NCBI GenBank assembly: GCA_049472335.1
Contig: JBLIRO010000003.1
Coordinates: 77,608-141,607 of the forward strand
DNA: 64,000 nt
Direction of reading: 5' to 3'
DNA from: a bacterium
Lineage (GTDB): Bacteria; SZUA-182; DTGQ01; JAFGSM01
A model generated the notes under the pieces. That model was given only the letters and a program-made list of their open reading frames with translations. It had not been told where the DNA came from and searched no databases. Each line of letters opens with the position of its first letter. The first letter of the stretch is position 1. The position numbers and the translations under genes are program-made. This document shows, piece after piece, positions 58,994 to 64,000 of the stretch.

Positions 58994-60619
58994 GTGAAAC
59001 TCCTGTTATTACAGCCGCCGATCCAGGATTTCTATGATACGGATATACGTCTTCAGCCTCTGGGACTATGTTACTTGAAATCGGCAATAAAAAAATTCCT
59101 ACCCGACATACAGGTTGTTGTCAAGGATTATCACAAAGGCTGGAGCAGACACACAATCAGCATTCCGCCTGAATTATCCTATCTTAAAGATTTTTATAAA
59201 TATCCGGATCAGAGTCCCTTTTCCGCCTTCTATAATTATTACCATTTCGGCGCCCGGTTTGAAACAATCGCGGAGGATGTGGCAAGAGAAAAGCCGGACC
59301 TTGTAGGCATCTCTGTAAATTTTTCACCTTATTACCGTGAAGCCCTTCGTTGCGCCGAAGAAATCAAACAAGGTATTAATGTGCCAATACTTGCCGGAGG
59401 ATCACATGTTTCAGCGGTACCTGAATCAATCATCCGTCATCCCGCTATTGATTTTATAATACAGGGTGAAGGGGAAAGACCCATTGTTGAATTTTTAAAG
59501 GCATATAAGAATGGCAAGAGCCTCGATCATATCTCTAATTTAGGCTTAAAACAGGATGACAAATTGATAATAAATCCGGTTAAGGATAATTTTTCGATCG
59601 ATGAATTGCCATTTCCAGACCTGACCGATCTTGAGCCTGACCGCTATCTTTTTTCAGGCGCCCCCATATGCTTTATAATCACTTCAAGAGGCTGCCCGCA
59701 CCGTTGCACCTTTTGCTCTGTGCATAAAACATTCGGAGGATGTTACAGAAGAAGGGATGCGGACCTTGTGCTCAAAGAAATATCCTTAAGGTATGAGGAA
59801 GGATACCGCGTTTTTGATTTCGAGGATGACAACCTTACCTTTTACCAGGATGAGATGAAATATATCTGCGCAAAACTGTCCGGTCGATTTGCGGGAAAAG
59901 GGATAAGATTCCTCGCAATGAACGGGATATCTTACATGAACCTGGACGAAAAATTACTGGAATATATGAAAAAGGCGGGCTTCAGCCATCTGAACATATC
60001 CCTTGTCAGCTCTAATCAGTCAGTCCTTGATAATACGAAGCGTCCGCACAGTATGGATAAATATATCGAGGTGGTGCATAATGCAAGCAGGCTGGGCTTT
60101 CAAATCGTATCTTATCAGATACTTGGGCTTCCGCATGAAAAACTGGAATCAATGATTAATACCTTAACACTCATGGCAGAATTACCCGTTCTCATAGGGG
60201 CATCAATCTTCTATCTCACACCGAATTCTCTAATAGCAGAGAAATTCCCCCACATGTCCGATGAGGACATCTTTAAATCACGCCTGACAGCAATGGCTAT
60301 CGAAACAGATCATTTCAAACGGGAGGATATATACACCCTGTTTATTACAGCCCGAATCATCAATTTTTTAAAGGGAATCAGATTTGAGGAGAAAGATATT
60401 CCCCTCTCAAGGGCTCTCAAAATCGCAAGGGATTATGGAGGGCGGTCTGCCATAGGAAGCGAATTACTCTCAAAGCTTATAAAAACAGGAATACTTTATG
60501 CCTCAACAAAGGATGGATTAAAGCCCTTATCCGGGTTTCAATCGAGTCTTTTCTTTCAGGCATGGTCCAGGTTTGAATCAGTTAAAACCCTTTCATGCAA
60601 AAGGATTAAACTATCATAA
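58994..60619 (+). CDS. Cobalamin-binding radical SAM protein
   Basis: PLGL.YL, GGSH, GEGE, TSRGCPHRCTFC, FEDDN. Confidence 0.9.
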   Translation: MKLLLLQPPIQDFYDTDIRLQPLGLCYLKSAIKKFLPDIQVVVKDYHKGWSRHTISIPPELSYLKDFYKYPDQSPFSAFYNYYHFGARFETIAEDVAREKPDLVGISVNFSPYYREALRCAEEIKQGINVPILAGGSHVSAVPESIIRHPAIDFIIQGEGERPIVEFLKAYKNGKSLDHISNLGLKQDDKLIINPVKDNFSIDELPFPDLTDLEPDRYLFSGAPICFIITSRGCPHRCTFCSVHKTFGGCYRRRDADLVLKEISLRYEEGYRVFDFEDDNLTFYQDEMKYICAKLSGRFAGKGIRFLAMNGISYMNLDEKLLEYMKKAGFSHLNISLVSSNQSVLDNTKRPHSMDKYIEVVHNASRLGFQIVSYQILGLPHEKLESMINTLTLMAELPVLIGASIFYLTPNSLIAEKFPHMSDEDIFKSRLTAMAIETDHFKREDIYTLFITARIINFLKGIRFEEKDIPLSRALKIARDYGGRSAIGSELLSKLIKTGILYASTKDGLKPLSGFQSSLFFQAWSRFESVKTLSCKRIKLS

Positions 60620-60776
60620 ACCGCAATCAGGCCTGCGGTATCCGTAAATAAGACATCACCTAAATTGTCTCATAACCGAAATCATATCAATAAATCAAAA
60701 TATATTGTTTTTATACATATGGTTGTCATAAATCAAGACAAATGTGGAATTATTGAGACATCGGTTTATTTTTCTT

Positions 60777-60805
60777 TTGACTTTCCATATTCTTTTGGAT
60801 ATTAT
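60777..60805 (+). promoter_or_regulatory. Putative sigma-70 promoter facing the cassette array (Pc-like)
   Basis: TTGACT-17 nt-TATTAT. Confidence 0.55.
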
Positions 60806-61005
60806 CGTAATATGCGGAAAAAAAGAGAAAAAATGTAATAAGTGGAAAATTATTGGATAGATTTTCCATATTTTACGTTTAATATCACAATAAGCAGAAA
60901 TTTTGTCCACCTATAGGGAGTAATTTTACGGAAAACTTTCCACTTATTACAATTTCGGGCACAAAGAACATCATAAAACTGTAATGCTATGGTAGGAGGT
61001 AGATT

Positions 61006-61722
61006 TTGGAGGCTTGGCTGACAATCCTGATATCGTTCCTAACCTCTGCAGGCGTGACTTCTGGCGTGATGGCCCTTATTCAGTCCCGCATTTCACACAA
61101 ATATCAAAAGGCCATAGAGACCTACAAGCATGAGCTTAACGCTGTTAACGAGCAGCAAAAGTTCAATTACCAAAGGTGGATGACCGATTTTGGTCTTTTC
61201 ACGCAAAAGAAACATGAGGCTTATGCGGAGCTTTACAAACTCATTCTAATAGCTGACGGCAGCCTTGAGCGGCTATCTGGCCTCCAGTCCGATCCTTCAT
61301 TCGACGAGTATACTCGCTCCGATATGAAGAAGTATTTGAGGGACCAGCATATTATAGATGGCTTCATTCCTCAGCTTATGGACGAGTGGGAAACATCTCG
61401 GCATGAATGCATACGAAAGATTCGCGAGTATCAGACCATGATTGATTTTCAGAAGGCAGATAAGGCAAGGAACGATGCGAGCAACTACTACCTCATCAAC
61501 AGCGTCTATTTATCCGAGGCTGTGGAGGAGACCGTCACGGAGATTCTTAAACTGATTGGCCAGCAGCACGTTATTGACGAGCAAAGCCGCGTTGAGCACT
61601 ATTCGGATGAATCCGGTCGAAAAGAACGAGAAGAGATTAGGGAGAAGAAGCCCACCCTGATCCGACAACTGAAGGCCATGATCAGAAAGGAAATGTCCGC
61701 GGGCTATTACACTGAGAAATAG
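61006..61722 (+). CDS. Cassette 1: hypothetical protein with an N-terminal transmembrane helix
   Basis: TTG start after AGGAGGT; hydrophobic N-terminus; visibly more GC-rich than the following cassettes. Confidence 0.8.
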   Translation: MEAWLTILISFLTSAGVTSGVMALIQSRISHKYQKAIETYKHELNAVNEQQKFNYQRWMTDFGLFTQKKHEAYAELYKLILIADGSLERLSGLQSDPSFDEYTRSDMKKYLRDQHIIDGFIPQLMDEWETSRHECIRKIREYQTMIDFQKADKARNDASNYYLINSVYLSEAVEETVTEILKLIGQQHVIDEQSRVEHYSDESGRKEREEIREKKPTLIRQLKAMIRKEMSAGYYTEK

Positions 61723-61754
61723 GCCAATTCCACGGATGGAATTGGTGCAAACTG

Positions 61755-61849
61755 ACCGAACCAAGCGCTCGACTTGACCTCACGGGCTTGTCCGTGAAAT
61801 GGTTAAGTAAGGTGTTTGGATGTGAGGCAAGTCAGCACATACATTATGT
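61755..61849 (+). mobile_element. attC site 1 (R' degenerate)
   Basis: R'' ACCGAAC; GCT(C)GACTTG(A)CCTCAC pairs with GTGAGGCAAGTCAGC leaving two extrahelical bases; R' ATTATGT. Confidence 0.8.
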
Positions 61850-61886
61850 GATATTTTATCTGTCCATACTAAATTCATAAGATATC

Positions 61887-63080
61887 ATGGCTCAAAAAAG
61901 AAGGCAGCATATCATCCCTATATCTTATCAAAAGGCTTTTGTTGATCCTAAACGACCTAAAGGAATTCCAGATAATATCCCATTTGAACCTGCGATTTGG
62001 ATGGTCGAAAAATCACTAGAATCTGAACCAAAGCTTAGATCTCCAAGTAATGTTCTTTGTAAATCCTATTTCTACAAACTTGAAGATGATGACAAACGGT
62101 TTCCAGTTATCGAAGAAGCACTCTCAAGAATTGAAAGTAATTACCCTTTTATCTTGGGAAAAATACGTGGAAAAGAGCGTTTATCTCTAAAAGAAATGCT
62201 TGACTTAGCTGTATTTATCGACACACTCCTGCGCCGAACTGAAAGTCATATTGACTTTAGACAAGATCAAATCGACACACTTGAAGAACTCTATCGAAAA
62301 GTCGATCGATGTTATAATAAGAATGAACAGATTTCAAATGATTTTTGGAAAGGATCACATGAATTTGCAAAAAAATTAATTATATCTGCTATTGGAGCTG
62401 TTGCGATATTAATTTTAAAATTTGGGATTATCTTTGTTTTTAATAAAAGTGACCTTCCATTTTTTACATCAGATAATCCCGTTATGTATGAGTTCATGCA
62501 TATTGATGATCTATATAGATATAATGTCCCCAAGGCATGGACATATAATAATGTTGGAACAAATGAAAAGCAGTTTTTCTGTTATTGTGCCCTCTCTCCC
62601 GATATTGCATTAATCTCTTCTCCATTTTTAATGAAACATATAGAGAATCCGTATATAGAGGTTTTAGAAATGCACTTTCCATTTGGAATGAACATTCTTA
62701 CACATCTGAGAACAAATTCTATTCTTATTTCCTGCCAATCTAAACCTTATGGTAATTATCAAGAAAAAGCAATTAAAATTATTAAATTTGCTCAAAATAT
62801 TAAACTGGCAAAAGGAAAAATATTATTATTTTATACTGAAAAAGCCAGATATTACCTAAAGGTTAATTCTTATGATCGGATAAACAAAAATCCTATTCGA
62901 CCAGAAGTTCATTTCTACACAGAAGATCTCAAAACTCTACATGATATAGCCAGAGATGATAATATTGAAGTTGTATACTTTTATGAAGATGGTATAGAAA
63001 TGGGAGGCACACGAAACCTAAAATTTCATTCAGTTAGCCTTCAATCTAATTGTCCATCAGTAATAAAGGCAAATTGGTAA
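61887..63080 (+). CDS. Cassette 2: DUF4238-like protein
   Basis: QHIIPISYQKAF, FY, IEEALSRIE, FFTSDNPV. Confidence 0.8.
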   Translation: MAQKRRQHIIPISYQKAFVDPKRPKGIPDNIPFEPAIWMVEKSLESEPKLRSPSNVLCKSYFYKLEDDDKRFPVIEEALSRIESNYPFILGKIRGKERLSLKEMLDLAVFIDTLLRRTESHIDFRQDQIDTLEELYRKVDRCYNKNEQISNDFWKGSHEFAKKLIISAIGAVAILILKFGIIFVFNKSDLPFFTSDNPVMYEFMHIDDLYRYNVPKAWTYNNVGTNEKQFFCYCALSPDIALISSPFLMKHIENPYIEVLEMHFPFGMNILTHLRTNSILISCQSKPYGNYQEKAIKIIKFAQNIKLAKGKILLFYTEKARYYLKVNSYDRINKNPIRPEVHFYTEDLKTLHDIARDDNIEVVYFYEDGIEMGGTRNLKFHSVSLQSNCPSVIKANW

Positions 63081-63094
63081 ATTGGTAAGAAATC

Positions 63095-63193
63095 ACATAA
63101 CAAACGCATCGACCCCTGACTTGTGGAGCTGGTCGTGAACTGCGTAACCTTTTCCGATTGCGTCCACAAGGCAGGTCATGCGCCGCGTTATAT
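63095..63193 (+). mobile_element. attC site 2
   Basis: R'' ACATAAC; CGCAT(C)GACC...CTTGTGGA pairs with TCCACAAG...GGTCATGCG; R' GTTATAT. Confidence 0.88.
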
Positions 63194-63695
63194 GAGGATA
63201 AATGAAATAAAACAAAAGATTATTTTACTTATTCTATTAGTTATTACTTTTAATGGTTGTGGGCCATATGTTCGTAACCCTAGATCTGATGTCTCCTTTA
63301 CATATAGAATTGGATGGTGGCCTTATCAAGAAAATTTAGAAATAAATAATATGGAGGTTAAAATTCTTGATTCTAGATTAAATCTTTTTAACTCTAAATC
63401 TTTAATTCAAATTATTATTACTGGTTATATGAAAAATAGGGAAAATTGGAGACCCTATGTCAAAAAAGCTCATATCTCAGAAAATGTTATTAAAAGAGCT
63501 AGTATTGGTGCTGAAGGAGAAATAAAAATTACACCAATTATAAAAACCAAGGAGGACAAATTTTATAAAGGTGAATTACTACCTTTTTGTATTACACAGG
63601 AGCTAATTATCCATTCAATGAATTGGGGGGAAAATTTATTACATATACATTGTGGCAATATTAAGAAAACTCTCTCATTATCACAAATGAAATAA
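63192..63695 (+). CDS. Cassette 3: putative lipoprotein
   Basis: ATG at 63192 overlaps R'; basic then hydrophobic signal ending FNGC. Confidence 0.75.
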   Translation: MRINEIKQKIILLILLVITFNGCGPYVRNPRSDVSFTYRIGWWPYQENLEINNMEVKILDSRLNLFNSKSLIQIIITGYMKNRENWRPYVKKAHISENVIKRASIGAEGEIKITPIIKTKEDKFYKGELLPFCITQELIIHSMNWGENLLHIHCGNIKKTLSLSQMK

Positions 63696-63699
63696 AAAC

Positions 63700-63794
63700 A
63701 TATAACACACACTAAAGGCGACCTCACTTAGCCTGCCGTGAAATGGATAACTCATTGGTAAATGCTCGTGAGGCTCCTTAGTTCTACGTTATGC
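63700..63794 (+). mobile_element. attC site 3
   Basis: R'' ATATAAC; ACTAA(A)GGCG(A)CCTCAC pairs with GTGAGGCTCCTTAGT; R' GTTATGC. Confidence 0.88.
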
Positions 63795-63840
63795 GTTAAT
63801 CGTTAATCGTTAATAAATGCATGGGATAGGAGTTTACGAT

Positions 63841-64000
63841 ATGACAGAAGATGAATTAAGAGATCTAGAGGCTAAGAAACTAGCTGCTGAATTTGCTAAA
63901 GAAGAGGCCGAGACAAAAAAGCTCAATTTAGAAGCAACAAAACTAGATTCAGAACTAAAGAAACCGTTTTACTCAAGCAAGGAGTTTCTTAGGCCTCTTG
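63841..64000 (+). CDS. Cassette 4: hypothetical coiled-coil protein, truncated by the window end
   Basis: AGGAG RBS, ATG, open frame MTEDELRDLEAKKLAAEFAKEEAETKKLNLEATKLDSELKKPFYSSKEFLRPL. Confidence 0.75.
   Translation, partial: MTEDELRDLEAKKLAAEFAKEEAETKKLNLEATKLDSELKKPFYSSKEFLRPL

Larger units (their letters stand above)
60953..64000 (+). mobile_element. Integron-type gene cassette array (at least 4 cassettes; continues beyond the window)
   Basis: Three attC sites separate co-oriented, unrelated single genes; each cassette's first bases are complementary to its own R'' box. Confidence 0.88.

Noticed and set aside
60620..61005. Integron integrase upstream of the cassettes (71-aa minus-strand ORF 60695-60910)
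   Set aside because: Too short, and no tyrosine-recombinase R-H-R-Y motifs.
63123..63191. GTG start given by the ORF track for the 63123-63695 gene
   Set aside because: This stretch lies inside attC2; ATG 63192 gives a proper lipoprotein signal peptide.
1..64000. Numerous 60-190 aa ORFs antisense to or overlapping well-supported genes; rRNA and tRNA genes
   Set aside because: The shadow ORFs have no motifs or RBS. No rRNA-like or cloverleaf sequence was seen in the intergenic regions, by eye only.

Overview
AT-rich bacterial chromosomal window; the gene content suggests an anaerobic Desulfobacterota-like or related lineage (inference). From left to right: the 3' end of a possible toxin gene plus a candidate immunity gene; a YkgJ-like Cys-cluster gene and a five-domain glycosyltransferase/methyltransferase; a sigma-54 module (pseudo-receiver activator, candidate upstream sites, -24/-12 promoter, DUF3467-like gene, secreted LVIVD propeller protein); a cysteine desulfurase pair; a glycine-cleavage operon (gcvH, gcvPA, gcvPB, an NADH oxidase/CoA-disulfide reductase-type flavoprotein, fused lipB-lipA); a hicB pseudogene; a chemosensory operon with a HEAT-repeat gene and two CheR; a GcvT-SHMT fusion; two atypical kinase-like genes; lipid and nucleoside metabolism genes; several exported proteins with a shared C-terminal domain or aromatic low-complexity tracts; a tungstate ABC transporter with its regulator; and, from about 60.95 kb to the window end, an integron-type cassette array with three attC sites and no integrase visible upstream. 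I saw no rRNA, tRNA or CRISPR array. All product calls come from motif recognition by eye; no database search was run.
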